Positions 41,871-52,258 of a DNA stretch of 64,000 bases are shown here, one piece after another (position 1 is the first letter of the stretch; each line of letters starts with the position of its first letter). Origin of the DNA: Escherichia coli (GTDB lineage Bacteria; Pseudomonadota; Gammaproteobacteria; Enterobacterales; Enterobacteriaceae); NCBI RefSeq assembly GCF_044324875.1, contig NZ_CP172185.1; one strand, given 5' to 3'. Both the position numbers and the translations under genes were made by a program. The notes under the pieces were generated by a model. It did no database searches and had not been told where the DNA came from. It was given only the letters and a program-made list of their open reading frames with translations.

Positions 41871-43043
41871 AAAATTTCCTATTTAAAGGTCAGGTGTTAA
41901 TGCTGACATGCGATTTTGAGACGTATAAATAGTCCTTGTCTATTATATTCTTATCAATTTTATTTTCAATGTTTTTATCTTCTTTTTATACACTCTTAAA
42001 AAGAACCGATTTTATTACCTGAGCATGTAATGTAAAAGTATATGTGTGATGATTAAAGTTTTTATCCTTATTTTTCCTGTAAGGACGAGCTTTCCGTGGT
42101 TGCTGTTCTCGTATGTATGCGGGGTATTACTTTCACTAATGGTTAAAATTCTTTCCTTCCGGTTAAAGCATTCATGTGTTTGTATTTTTCTTTGCTATTT
42201 GTTTTTTAGTACAGAATTTAATTAGTGTGGTTGTGATTTTTGTTGATATCACCACGCGCATTTTATATGAAATAGCCACATAACTTTCAACAAAATATAA
42301 AAATAAAATTATGCTATAGTAAACAACAGATTTTTATGTTTATGAAAGATGACCACTTTTTTAATTTGACTGAATTTTTTAAGATGCTTTTGAGTTGTGA
42401 AATATATTTTTCTTTATTGCTTTTTGGAATGTTGACGGGGCGTAGTTATGATTAATATAACAGAAGTTTCAGGAACGCTTTTTTCTTTTAAATGCCTGCG
42501 CATGACTTGTTCAATAATGTGTTTTCATCATATTTTTTTGGCATCAATACAATAATTAAAGATATAACGTTAAAATATTATTTATTGGCTTTTCCTGATG
42601 GAGTAAAAACAAATGTAACAACTAACTGCATGATAAATAAGTAGAATGGTCAGTATCATGTATATTATTTGGGTATAAGTGGTATTTGTAAAGAATCAGT
42701 TGTGTTACTCCGGAATATATCTCTTTGAGAGAGCAGAAGTGAAACAGATATTCTCTTGAAAGTATTGCATTATCGTTACCGTTTTTATATCAGAGGCTGA
42801 AAATACGTATTTTTATAAACAGGGTGGAGGCATTTTTGTGTTATGTATGGATTTTCAAACCGGGTGAATCATCCAGACAGGTAATAATATAATAAGAAAT
42901 GTTGCTGCCAGGCTAAAACAGGAACGTGTACTTCTGTGAAAATGTTGATGCGAAGCTACCATTATTTGGGGTAGGGTATCTTCGCTCATCAGATGATATT
43001 GAATATGGTCGCCTGAAATCAGAAATTAAAAAATACAAATGGT

Positions 43044-43070
43044 AGTTAACTCCCCACCAACCGCTGTGGT
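43044..43070 (-). terminator. perfect 11-bp stem / 5-nt loop hairpin downstream of the integrase gene
   Basis: CCCCACCAACC-GCTGT-GGTTGGTGGGG; T-rich sequence follows on the minus strand after a ~20-nt gap. Confidence 0.45.
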
Positions 43071-43087
43071 TGGTGGGGGGGGATGGC

Positions 43088-44281
43088 TTATTTCGTTTGT
43101 ACGTTTTTCTCCATAAGTGAATCAATGTAATCAGCGTACCACTGCATCATTTCACGACGTCCATCGAGATACAGGGCATGATTATAGGTACCCCTGATGG
43201 AGTTTTTATCCACATGCGCTAACTGCATTTCAATCCAGGCAGAATTAAAGCCCTGTTCGTGCAGAATTGTGCTCATTGTGTGACGAAAACCATGGCCGGT
43301 TGCTCTGCCATCGTAACCGATGCGTTTTAGTACCATATTGATGCTGGCTTCACTCATCGGTTTGTTAACATCGCAACGTCCGGGGAATATAAGGCGATAC
43401 TGCCCGGTAAAACGATGCAATTCCTGCAGCAGTGAAATGGCCTGGCGTGACAGAGGAACAATATGATGCCTGCGCATTTTCATTCGCTCTTCAGGGATAT
43501 GCCAGAGTGCGTTGTCAGAATCAATTTCTGACCATTCGGCCAGCCGCAATTCAATCGTTCTGAGTCCGGTCAGCATCAGCAGGCTCGTCGCCATACGGGT
43601 GACAGGACTGCCATGATAGTCAGCGAGCTTCCGGAGAAAAACAGGAAGTTCATCCGCTCTCAGATGGGGAAAATGTGCGGTTTTTGGTGCCGCCAGCGTA
43701 CTGGTCAGTTCTGATGCAGGATTGACAGTGGCACGTCCTGTGGCAATGGCATAACGGAAAATCTGATTGCAGTATTGACGGACCTTGCGTAATTTTTCCA
43801 GAGAGCCACGTTTTTCAATACGACGCAAAATCTCCAGCATTTCCAGCGGGAGGATATCAGTCACGCTCCGGTTGCTCAGATACGGGAAAACGTCTTTATC
43901 CAGCGCTTCCAGTACGCTTCTGGCGTAACTGTCAGACCATGATAAAGATTTATGATGATGCCATTCCATTGCGAGAGCATGAAAGGTGTTGGTGACAGAG
44001 ATTTTCTGAGAGAGTTTTTCCCTTCGCTTCTTTTCACCGGGATCTCCACCCTCGGATATAATTTTTCGTGCATCGTCGCGTCTGGTTCTGGCTTCAGCAA
44101 GGGAGACGTCAGGATAGACGCCGAGGGACAGTTTTTTCTCCTTTCCTGCTGTTCTGTACTTAAGGCGCCAGTAGCGTGCTCCCGTGGTTTTTACCAGCAG
44201 ATATAAACCACGTTCATCAGAAAGTTTATAATCTTTGTCTTTAGGTCTTGCCGTTTCGACCTGTCTGGCTGTAAGTGCCAT
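43088..44281 (-). CDS. P4-type tyrosine integrase
   Basis: N-terminal LTARQVETARPKDKDYKLSDERGLYL arm-binding domain; catalytic R...HxxR...Y region (GHGFRHT, RGTYNHA). Confidence 0.85.
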   Translation of the reverse strand: MALTARQVETARPKDKDYKLSDERGLYLLVKTTGARYWRLKYRTAGKEKKLSLGVYPDVSLAEARTRRDDARKIISEGGDPGEKKRREKLSQKISVTNTFHALAMEWHHHKSLSWSDSYARSVLEALDKDVFPYLSNRSVTDILPLEMLEILRRIEKRGSLEKLRKVRQYCNQIFRYAIATGRATVNPASELTSTLAAPKTAHFPHLRADELPVFLRKLADYHGSPVTRMATSLLMLTGLRTIELRLAEWSEIDSDNALWHIPEERMKMRRHHIVPLSRQAISLLQELHRFTGQYRLIFPGRCDVNKPMSEASINMVLKRIGYDGRATGHGFRHTMSTILHEQGFNSAWIEMQLAHVDKNSIRGTYNHALYLDGRREMMQWYADYIDSLMEKNVQTK

Positions 44282-44457
44282 ATGGGGGCCCCTTAAACTG
44301 ACCGAACACAATGAGCCCCCAAATGTGCCCCCATTTAATGCTTGATTCAGGGGGTGTTCAATAGAATTCGGTGGAGTTCAAAATGTCCGGAACGATTATA
44401 AATCAGTGATTATACATGAATTTCGTGGAGTGCGGGGGATGTGTGTAGAAGTGAAGG

Positions 44458-44510
44458 TGGTGCCCTGACTCGGAATCGAACCAAGGAAACGGGGATTTTC
44501 AATCCCCGTG
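44458..44510 (-). tRNA. partial tRNA-Phe (3' 53 nt: anticodon stem-loop GAA through CCA); attachment-site repeat, not a complete gene
   Basis: minus strand CACGGGGATTGAAAATCCCCGTTTCCTTGGTTCGATTCCGAGTCAGGGCACCA; 3 mismatches to E. coli tRNA-Phe; no acceptor/D-arm 5' half upstream. Confidence 0.7.
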
Positions 44511-44558
44511 CCATAATTGGCTGTGTCAGTTGGTTACACACCATTGAGGTGTGTACTA

Positions 44559-45437
44559 ATGAAAATACTGCCCGTTGTCTCCACAAAAGGTGGCGAAGGT
44601 AAATCAACACAATCCGCAAACCTGGCTGGTTTTCTCGCCGATGCAGGTATCCGTACCCTGCTGATTGACGGAGATCATGCTCAGCCCACGGCAAGCAACA
44701 TCTTTCCGCTGACATATGAAGCGTCAGCCGGTCTTTTTGAGTTGCTGATGCGCACGGCTGACCTCAGTCATCCCGATAACATCATTTCCCGCACGGCTAT
44801 CGACGGACTCGATCTGATAGTCTCCAATGACCCTCATGAGCAGTTAAAAACTGCGATGCTTCACGCCCCGGATGGTCGTCTGCGCCTCCGGAATGTCCTG
44901 CAGCATCCGCTTTTTCTGAACAACTACGATGTCATTGTAGTTGATTCTCAGGGAGCACGTTCTGTCATGCTCGAAATGATTGTGCTGTCGGCCACTGATT
45001 CGGTTGTCGGGATGGTCAATCCGGTACTCCCTGATGTGCGCGAGTTTATTCGGGGCACTGTCAATGTTATGGAGAACCTGCTGCCTTACCGGGAGCTGGG
45101 GATACCCCTGCCGAAAGTACGCACGCTGGTTAACTGCATGGATTATACGGCACTGGCCAGGAAGACGCTGGATGAGCTGGCCGGAATTATTCAGACCGGT
45201 CGTTACAGCAGACAGTTACCTGAAGGTGCGGTTTCCCTTCTTTCCACACAGATTTACGACCTGAATATTTACAAGCAGGGGCATGCGGCTGGTCAACCCG
45301 TACATCGTCTCGAAAAAGAATCCACACGTCGCAGTGATTCCGCGCTTGTCACGATGCACAGCCTGGCCTGTGAACTCTTTCCTGAGTGGAAACAGGCGTT
45401 TGACGGGCTGCTGGCGAACGGGGGAATACGTCAGTGA
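44559..45437 (+). CDS. ParA/Soj-family partition ATPase (ICE left-end gene)
   Basis: deviant Walker A KGGEGKST at N-terminus. Confidence 0.8.
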   Translation: MKILPVVSTKGGEGKSTQSANLAGFLADAGIRTLLIDGDHAQPTASNIFPLTYEASAGLFELLMRTADLSHPDNIISRTAIDGLDLIVSNDPHEQLKTAMLHAPDGRLRLRNVLQHPLFLNNYDVIVVDSQGARSVMLEMIVLSATDSVVGMVNPVLPDVREFIRGTVNVMENLLPYRELGIPLPKVRTLVNCMDYTALARKTLDELAGIIQTGRYSRQLPEGAVSLLSTQIYDLNIYKQGHAAGQPVHRLEKESTRRSDSALVTMHSLACELFPEWKQAFDGLLANGGIRQ

Positions 45438-45504
45438 TTCAGGTTAAGCGAGAACCATGCAGCTCCGTTACCCTGGCTTATGGACGTTATCAATACCGGA
45501 CAAT

Positions 45505-46020
45505 ATGACGAGAAGGATTAACCCTATGAATAACAGCAGCAATACCACAACCCGTAATACGCTTTCACCCGTTGAGTCAGCCTGTCATGCCTTACTGGAT
45601 TTTATTGCCCGGGAAGTTTTTGAGAATAAAGCACCGGAAGAGGACGTCAGGGAACGTTGCAAAGTATTTACAGCGCTGCTTAACGAAGGATTTAAAGCCC
45701 TGCTTGATGAGGCAGGGCTGAATCTGTCAAACCTTCGTAAACAGTGTGAGGAACTGGAATCTCAGATAACCAGACTTGATTCTCAGTCCGATGCTATTTG
45801 TCGCAGAGGTGCTCAAATTGAACGCTTCATTGGTCACCATTTACCTTTTTTCGATTTGAACAAAGTTTTTGATACTGCCAGTCAGTCATGTGAACCAGCG
45901 CCTTCTCCGGCTCAGTCGGCTGTGTCCAGTAGTCAGCCCAGTAATCTGTCAGAGCAAGGGACATCTCAGCGGGTGTCATCTGTTCAACCGTTGCAGGGAG
46001 CCAGTGATGTTGATGAATAA
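45505..46020 (+). CDS. hypothetical ICE protein
   Basis: ORF with low-complexity Ser/Gln tail; start uncertain. Confidence 0.35.
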   Translation: MTRRINPMNNSSNTTTRNTLSPVESACHALLDFIAREVFENKAPEEDVRERCKVFTALLNEGFKALLDEAGLNLSNLRKQCEELESQITRLDSQSDAICRRGAQIERFIGHHLPFFDLNKVFDTASQSCEPAPSPAQSAVSSSQPSNLSEQGTSQRVSSVQPLQGASDVDE

Positions 46021-46378
46021 GAGCAAACTTAACGGCTTGTTGAACGCTGATACTGTTATCGTCCAGAAAAAACCAGCGGCGGCTGTTAATCAGCCAGTGT
46101 CCGAGCCAGCAAAGTCGGTAAGCGAGCTTCCGGTCAGCTCCGGGAAAGATTTCTGTTCCCTGGTCAAAGAAGGTTTTGCACCGTTCCACATCGTCGGTGC
46201 TCATACCTCCGACTTTCCAGTTTTCATAATATTTTGCCATGTTGCCATCCTCATCATGGTTGTTATCAATGCCGGACGGCAGTTGCTGATGATTTGTGTT
46301 CATAAGGTATTTCTCTTCGTAAACATGTTGATTATGAGCGCAAATATGCTGTACGTACCTTCTGACCGGGGTCGGCAA
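45827..46378 (-). CDS. hypothetical protein (antisense-overlapping candidate)
   Basis: 183-aa Trp-rich ORF overlapping the 3' end of 45505-46020; only one of the two is likely fully real. Confidence 0.3.
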   Translation of the reverse strand: MPTPVRRYVQHICAHNQHVYEEKYLMNTNHQQLPSGIDNNHDEDGNMAKYYENWKVGGMSTDDVERCKTFFDQGTEIFPGADRKLAYRLCWLGHWLINSRRWFFLDDNSISVQQAVKFALIHQHHWLPATVEQMTPAEMSLALTDYWADYWTQPTEPEKALVHMTDWQYQKLCSNRKKVNGDQ

Positions 46379-46511
46379 ACTTACCGGTCGGAAAATGTAC
46401 AGAAAGTTATGGGCCTTTTATGCCCTGCAACTGTTCGTCCGGCACCCGTTTTCGTTTTTTTGCATGGTGGGTTTGCTGTGAAACAGGCTCCGTTTGCCCG
46501 GGAGGTGGCGT

Positions 46512-47900
46512 ATGTCTGAACGCTATATTCCACGCTCCGTTGATGCAGAGCAGGCCGTGCTGGGCGGCCTGATGCTCGATAATGAACGCTGGGATGAGGT
46601 GGTACTGATGCTCCGGGGGGAGGATTTTTCTCTGGCCGCACACCGGGTGATATTCCGCACCATGTCAGAGCTGGCAACCAGCGGTCAGCCGTTCGACCTC
46701 ATCACGCTGAGTGAGCATATTGAGAAAACAAACAATATTGAGGCACTGGGTGGTTTCGCTTATCTGGCTGAACTCAGCAAAAATACGCCTTCTGCAGCCA
46801 ATATTATCGCTTATGCCCGTATTGTTGCTGAAAAGAGCATGCTGCGTCAGTTGCAGGAGACGGGGAATGCGCTGATTACGGATGTGGCCGCACCGGATGC
46901 GACACCACGCACTGTTCTTGAATCCGCTGAACGTCGGCTCTTTTCACTTTCACAGACTGGCATGTTGCATGAGCGATGTGAAGTCAGTCTCACCTCGGCT
47001 ATGGAGCTGGCGCTGCGTCAACTGGAAGAGGGACTGAACGCCGGCGGGATGACGGGCACGCCCACGGGATTTGATGAACTGGATGAGATGACCTGTGGTC
47101 TGCAGCCCGGCGACCTCATTCTTCTGGCTGCACGCCCGTCTATGGGGAAAACAGCGCTGGGCCTTACCTTCTGTCTTAATGCCCTGTGTAACCGGACCGA
47201 TGAAACGGTATTTCTTTTCAGTATCGAAATGTCCCGGGAGCAGCTGATTCTGCGTGTCCTGTCAATGCTCTCCAGGGTGGAGCTGACACGTCTTCGCAGC
47301 AGCATGATGGATGATGAAGAGTGGGCGAGAGTCACGGCAACCATGGGACGCTTCATGAATGAAGCGTCATTCATCGGAGATGGAAACCGCCTGATAATTG
47401 ATGACACCTCCTTCCAGACGCCGTCATCGCTGCGTGCCAGCGCCCGTCGTTATGTCCGTCTGTATGGCAGACCTTCCCTGATAATGGTTGATTACCTCCA
47501 GCTGATTCGTTCTCCGGACCAGGAGAACCGAACGCAGGAAATTGCGGAAATATCCCGCGCCCTTAAGGCGTTAGGTAAAGAGCTGGGATGCCCGGTACTG
47601 GCACTGTCTCAGCTTAACCGTCAGGTGGAGCAGCGGGCGGATAAGCGCCCCAATAACGGTGACCTGCGTGATTCCGGGGCGCTGGAGCAGGATGCTGACC
47701 TCATTATGTTTATTTACCGTGATGAGGTTTATAACTCTGGCACGCTGGATAAGGGCGTTGCTGAAATCATTGTGAGCAAACAGCGGCAGGGGCCAACCGG
47801 AACGATACGGGTGAACTTCGACGGCCGCTACACCCTGTTTTCACCGTTTGAACGTGGATGGAATTTTGACCGTGCCGGAGGAAATGCGTATGTCAATTAA
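46512..47900 (+). CDS. DnaB-like replicative helicase
   Basis: N-terminal DAEQAVLGGLMLDNERW, Walker A GKTALGLTF, RecA-like C-terminal domain. Confidence 0.8.
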   Translation: MSERYIPRSVDAEQAVLGGLMLDNERWDEVVLMLRGEDFSLAAHRVIFRTMSELATSGQPFDLITLSEHIEKTNNIEALGGFAYLAELSKNTPSAANIIAYARIVAEKSMLRQLQETGNALITDVAAPDATPRTVLESAERRLFSLSQTGMLHERCEVSLTSAMELALRQLEEGLNAGGMTGTPTGFDELDEMTCGLQPGDLILLAARPSMGKTALGLTFCLNALCNRTDETVFLFSIEMSREQLILRVLSMLSRVELTRLRSSMMDDEEWARVTATMGRFMNEASFIGDGNRLIIDDTSFQTPSSLRASARRYVRLYGRPSLIMVDYLQLIRSPDQENRTQEIAEISRALKALGKELGCPVLALSQLNRQVEQRADKRPNNGDLRDSGALEQDADLIMFIYRDEVYNSGTLDKGVAEIIVSKQRQGPTGTIRVNFDGRYTLFSPFERGWNFDRAGGNAYVN

Positions 47901-49539
47901 ACGAAATCATTCCGTTGATCTGGGAGCTGCCATCATGCAACCGGGCCGTCAGACCAGCACGACGGGTAACGTGGTGGCGCTGGGGGAAACACCGATGATT
48001 CTGACGCTGGATCAACTGCGCCCCAACCCGGATAACCCGAGGACCACGCGTAATCCCCGGTACGACGATATTAAAAGTTCAATTTTCTCCCGTGGACTGG
48101 ATACGGTGCCCAAAGTCACCCGGATACCTGAGAGTGAGCCGGATATCTATATTTTCAGCGATGGTGGTAACACGCGATATCAGATCCTGAAAGAGCTGTG
48201 GGAGGAGACCGGCGATCAGCGTTTCTATCGTATTCATGTGCTTTTCAAGCCATGGCCGGGACGGCTTCAGTGCGTCATTGGTCACCTGGCTGAGAATGAA
48301 GTCAGGGGCGAACTGACGTTTATTGAAAAGGCCCGGGGTATCCATAACGCCCGGATGATTTATGAGGAGTCGATGCAGCGAACCGTGACGATCAGGGAAC
48401 TGGCGTCACTGCTGACGGATGAAGGACTTCCGGTAAGCCACTCATCTGTCAGCAGGATGGAGCATACTCTGAAATATCTGTATCCGTGGATCCCCGATCT
48501 TCTGGAATCAGGATTAGGAAGACCGCAGATCAATTCACTGTTGTCTCTCCGGCAGGATGCGGAACGCATCTGGGGACAGTTTGCGGTGGCAACAGAGAAC
48601 GGGGCGGATTTTGACCGCGTGTTTGGTGAATGCTGCAGCAAATTCAATTCACCGGAGCTCTGGTCACTGGAGATGTTCCGGGATGAGCTGATTGGTGATC
48701 TGCTGAAAGCGTTACCACATCCGGTGCTGGATTATGACCGCTGGTTGCTTGAACTGGATCCGCGGGAGCGTAACCGACGTCACCATTTTGGCGAACCTGA
48801 GCCGGTGCTCATTCCCGCAGACAGTGATGCGATGCCAGAGCCTGCGACTGACGGTGTGTCGGCAGTGACGGCGGAGAAGAACAGCGGAAGGGAGCAGTCT
48901 GTGATTTCCGCACCGGCTGACCATGACACAGTCATGAATACGGAGCAATCCCCGGCTGGAAAGGCGGAGAGTTCAGTTATCGAACAACGCGAAGAACGCC
49001 GTAGAAAGGAAGTCCAGCCGGATATGTATGGTGGTGAAGAAACATACAGCGGCGATTACGAAGAGGATGGCGATACCCGTGATGCTGCGGATCTGCCGGT
49101 AACGTCACCGGAAGAGGGGGCTCAGCAGAGCAGCGGTGAAATATTCAGTGAGCCGGTATTCAGTGTTGGTGAACTGGATGATATCGAATATCTGCAGAAT
49201 GAGGCATTTCACCTGGCATGGGAGCTGGCGTCACACACAGGCTGTGTCGATGAGCTGGCTATGGACAGGGAAAGCGAACTGTCTGCGGGATTCGGCGCGG
49301 CAGAGGCGAATTGTTCTCCGGTCATGGCATTTCTTGTCAGGCTGACCGGTGAGGAGGTTCTGCGGGTTAATCCGGTTTCTCTTGATGCACTGATGATTGG
49401 TGGCAGTACTGAAGAAGAGCCACCACTGCTGGATGATGAGCATGCCGGGAAGTTACTCCGTCTGCTTGGGGTGTTGCGTCGTCTGCGGGGGCTGCAGCGC
49501 CAGGTGGAAGAAGAGAACGTGGAGGGGCGTGATGAATAA
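47884..49539 (+). CDS. ParB-like nuclease-domain protein (ICE ParB family)
   Basis: ParB N-terminal-domain-like region (LRPNPDNPR) then long acidic C-terminal half. Confidence 0.6.
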   Translation: MRMSIKRNHSVDLGAAIMQPGRQTSTTGNVVALGETPMILTLDQLRPNPDNPRTTRNPRYDDIKSSIFSRGLDTVPKVTRIPESEPDIYIFSDGGNTRYQILKELWEETGDQRFYRIHVLFKPWPGRLQCVIGHLAENEVRGELTFIEKARGIHNARMIYEESMQRTVTIRELASLLTDEGLPVSHSSVSRMEHTLKYLYPWIPDLLESGLGRPQINSLLSLRQDAERIWGQFAVATENGADFDRVFGECCSKFNSPELWSLEMFRDELIGDLLKALPHPVLDYDRWLLELDPRERNRRHHFGEPEPVLIPADSDAMPEPATDGVSAVTAEKNSGREQSVISAPADHDTVMNTEQSPAGKAESSVIEQREERRRKEVQPDMYGGEETYSGDYEEDGDTRDAADLPVTSPEEGAQQSSGEIFSEPVFSVGELDDIEYLQNEAFHLAWELASHTGCVDELAMDRESELSAGFGAAEANCSPVMAFLVRLTGEEVLRVNPVSLDALMIGGSTEEEPPLLDDEHAGKLLRLLGVLRRLRGLQRQVEEENVEGRDE

Positions 49540-50263
49540 TGATGCAGCACGTCAGGAGCAACTGATTAAACGGATAAGAAAACTGCTGGCGCTGAGCCGG
49601 AATAACAGTAATCCACATGAGGCAGGTCAGGCTCTTTCCCGCGCACAGGCGCTGATGCGGAAGCATGGTATCACCGAACTGGATGCTGATATTTCGGTGA
49701 TAAAAACCTCATCATCAAAGGGAGCACCGTCAGAAGCGGAAAAAGTTCCGGTATGGATGGGGCGTCTTATGAATGTTGTTGCAGGGGCATTCGGATGCCA
49801 TACATACCTGGACTGGCGTATCACAACCGGAGGATACTGGCGGCGGATTGTCACATTTTATGGTTTTGGGGAGCGTCCGGTTGTGGCTGCGTATGCCTTT
49901 GATGTTCTCTGCCGGCAGATGCAAAAGGCGACAAAAGAGTATCTCTCAACCCAGAGCCGGAAATTAAAACACTCAACCCGTCGTGCAAGAGCTGCGATGT
50001 TTCGTGACGGCTGGGTTTATGGGGTGCGTGATGTGGTGGATGCATTCCGGCTCACGGAAGATGAGACGCGTGTAATGAATACGTGGCTGCAGAACCAGCA
50101 ATTTGAGGGAATGGTCGTCTTCCGGGAGGTAAAGGACTGCCATGGCGGTGACCATGCACGCTGGCAGGGATACAACGAGGGGAAAAAGGCAACGCTGAAT
50201 CACGGTGTTGGTTCCCGGGATCTGAGACCGGAAAGCCTGATATCGGGCGGAGGTGAGGTATGA
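49532..50263 (+). CDS. hypothetical ICE protein
   Basis: start overlaps parB-like stop; conserved ICE backbone position. Confidence 0.45.
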   Translation: MNNDAARQEQLIKRIRKLLALSRNNSNPHEAGQALSRAQALMRKHGITELDADISVIKTSSSKGAPSEAEKVPVWMGRLMNVVAGAFGCHTYLDWRITTGGYWRRIVTFYGFGERPVVAAYAFDVLCRQMQKATKEYLSTQSRKLKHSTRRARAAMFRDGWVYGVRDVVDAFRLTEDETRVMNTWLQNQQFEGMVVFREVKDCHGGDHARWQGYNEGKKATLNHGVGSRDLRPESLISGGGEV

Positions 50264-50838
50264 GTAACAACTTATCACAGGCCACCAACGGGCTGTTGAT
50301 GCAACTGGTGATGGATCTCAAGAGTGGCTATCTGCGGCGATGTGAAGCGCTGGGGCTTTCCCGGGAAGAAATGCAGATGCTGCAGGGGCTGAGCATTGAA
50401 GAAATTCACTATCTGTCAAATTCAGAAGTGTCGGTGCTGCGGCTGGATATTAACCACAACAATCTTGTGCGCATGTTGCAGCAGGCGCGGACTGAACAGA
50501 AACGTCTGCAGCGAATCGATCGCGCTCTGGCGCTGGGTGGGTCTATCGAACTCATGGCGTTTTATTTTGGTCTTTCCAGCGTGGATGTGGCTGCGCGGCG
50601 TCGTATCTCCGGTATTGATGTTCGTCCCGGAAGGGGGATCACCCTGAGTGACGATGAGAATTCTGAACTCTGGCGGTTGTGGCAGAAAGCCGGGATCAAT
50701 GATGTGGAGAGTGTGGATGGGCTGGATGTCATGATGCTTTGTGCTGAACAGATGAACATTCCACTGACGGCCATCTGGCATGCCGTCAGAGGGTGGCATA
50801 CAACCGGAAATCCGGATCAGGTAAGGAGTGCGTCATGA
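50260..50838 (+). CDS. pathogenicity-island replication protein, STY4526/YPO1902-like (assignment by gene order and recollection)
   Basis: 192-aa ORF translationally coupled to neighbours. Confidence 0.4.
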   Translation: MSNNLSQATNGLLMQLVMDLKSGYLRRCEALGLSREEMQMLQGLSIEEIHYLSNSEVSVLRLDINHNNLVRMLQQARTEQKRLQRIDRALALGGSIELMAFYFGLSSVDVAARRRISGIDVRPGRGITLSDDENSELWRLWQKAGINDVESVDGLDVMMLCAEQMNIPLTAIWHAVRGWHTTGNPDQVRSAS

Positions 50839-51083
50839 AGATGACAGAACTGGTTCCCGGAGTGCTGACAAGTCCGGGCGTCCCTCCCACCAGTCAGCGT
50901 AAGGCGGTTGAACTGGTCAATCGCTTCCGTCGTGGAGAGCGGAATTATCATGAACTGAAGGAAAGAGGATTTGGTTATTTCAAGATTGATGTTGGTCCTG
51001 ACTGGCGGTTACTGAGCCGGAATAAAGGGCTGACCTGGGCCCTGTTGAGTCATGAACGATACAACAACATGAGACTGAAGTGA
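50835..51083 (+). CDS. small hypothetical protein
   Basis: ATG 50835 preceded by AAGGAG. Confidence 0.4.
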   Translation: MKMTELVPGVLTSPGVPPTSQRKAVELVNRFRRGERNYHELKERGFGYFKIDVGPDWRLLSRNKGLTWALLSHERYNNMRLK

Positions 51084-51092
51084 GGTGGAAAG

Positions 51093-51350
51093 ATGAGTAA
51101 TGCAGCAAGACTCCAGCTGGGTTTTTCTCCGTTTTCAAAAACTATCGTGCTGGCAAAAATGCGTAATCTTGACGACGGAACCAGTCTTCGTGTCGGTAAT
51201 GATCCCGGTCGCGATGTAACCAATGAGGCGGCTCAGCTTGTCTGGCATCTGGTCATGGCAGAAGGTGGTGAAATTATGTGGGAAATGGACGATGGCTCCC
51301 GCATGGTGCTGAAGGCTGAAAGTCAGGAGGCAACCAGTGAGCAAGATTAA
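51093..51350 (+). CDS. small hypothetical protein
   Basis: 85-aa ORF. Confidence 0.35.
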   Translation: MSNAARLQLGFSPFSKTIVLAKMRNLDDGTSLRVGNDPGRDVTNEAAQLVWHLVMAEGGEIMWEMDDGSRMVLKAESQEATSEQD

Positions 51351-51945
51351 CTACCAGGCACTGCGTGAGGCGGCAGAGCAGGCAATGCATGACGACTGGG
51401 GATTTGACACGGATCTTTTCCATGAGCTGGTAACACCATCGATTGTGCAGGCACTGCTGGATGAACGGGAAGCCCAAAGCAAACACGTAGCTGAACTGGA
51501 GGCTAATTTATCGGCGATGACCGAAGACCACCAGAAAGCGACTGAGTCAATTAAGCAGGCTGATTCGGCTGTTAAGTTGGCACACGAGACGTTTTCGGCG
51601 CTGGCGGCGGAGAATGCAAAGCTGAAGAAGTTCTGCAAAGACGCTGCATTCGATGCCGATTACGAAGCAGAGTCAGGTATGGAGCGTGGTGGATTCAGTG
51701 ATGCGCTTAACGAAATCAAAATCACAGCCACCGACGCTTTCCTGGCTGAAGTACGGGCGCAGGGGGTGGATGCTGCTATAGACGCTGCAAAAAATCTGGT
51801 GGCTCAGGAATATGAGTATAAGGATTTCAAAGCGGCGCAGAGTGATTGCTGTATGTTTCCTGGTTCAGACCTGGTAGGGAAGGTTGAAATGACCGAGTGG
51901 TTAGTTGACTTTGCCGCAGAGCTTCGCAAAGGAGGCAACCAGTGA
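51337..51945 (+). CDS. hypothetical protein (N-terminal KINYQALREAAE module)
   Basis: shares N-terminal module with the next ORF. Confidence 0.45.
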   Translation: MSKINYQALREAAEQAMHDDWGFDTDLFHELVTPSIVQALLDEREAQSKHVAELEANLSAMTEDHQKATESIKQADSAVKLAHETFSALAAENAKLKKFCKDAAFDADYEAESGMERGGFSDALNEIKITATDAFLAEVRAQGVDAAIDAAKNLVAQEYEYKDFKAAQSDCCMFPGSDLVGKVEMTEWLVDFAAELRKGGNQ

Positions 51946-52256
51946 ACAAGATTGACTATCAGGCACTGCGTGAGGCGGCAGAAGCAATAAAAATAGCAGC
52001 CACACCACAAAAATTGCTGGCATTTCGTATGAAAGTCACACCTCAGGTTGTGCTGGCGCTGCTGGATGAGCTGGAAACCAAAGAAGAACAGCGAGCTAAC
52101 TTGCAGGGACCAGAAGGATTGATTAAAGCAGTGCGCTTCTATGAACAGGTTAAGCGTGAAAATCCGCCAGTCGAAACCGGAGTATGGAAAGACGCTGTTG
52201 ACTGGGTGCTCAAAGAGGCTTGCCAGGCTGTAAACATTGGCATCAAAGGAGAGTGA
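51942..52256 (+). CDS. hypothetical protein (paralogous N-terminal module; C-terminal module duplicated at 53322-53513)
   Basis: MNKIDYQALREAAE... and ...PEGLIKAVRFYEQVKRENPPVETG. Confidence 0.45.
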   Translation: MNKIDYQALREAAEAIKIAATPQKLLAFRMKVTPQVVLALLDELETKEEQRANLQGPEGLIKAVRFYEQVKRENPPVETGVWKDAVDWVLKEACQAVNIGIKGE

Positions 52257-52258
52257 GA

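Noticed and set aside
44440-44540. Complete tRNA-Phe gene
   Set aside because: Only the 3' 53 nt (anticodon stem through CCA) match; the sequence where the acceptor/D-arm 5' half should be has no tRNA features
45869-46519. 216-aa plus-strand ORF between the hypothetical gene and dnaB-like
   Set aside because: Hydrophobic low-information translation that overlaps a more protein-like minus-strand ORF and the dnaB-like start region
49136-50321. Multiple short ORFs on both strands within the parB-like and following genes
   Set aside because: All overlap longer, motif-supported plus-strand genes
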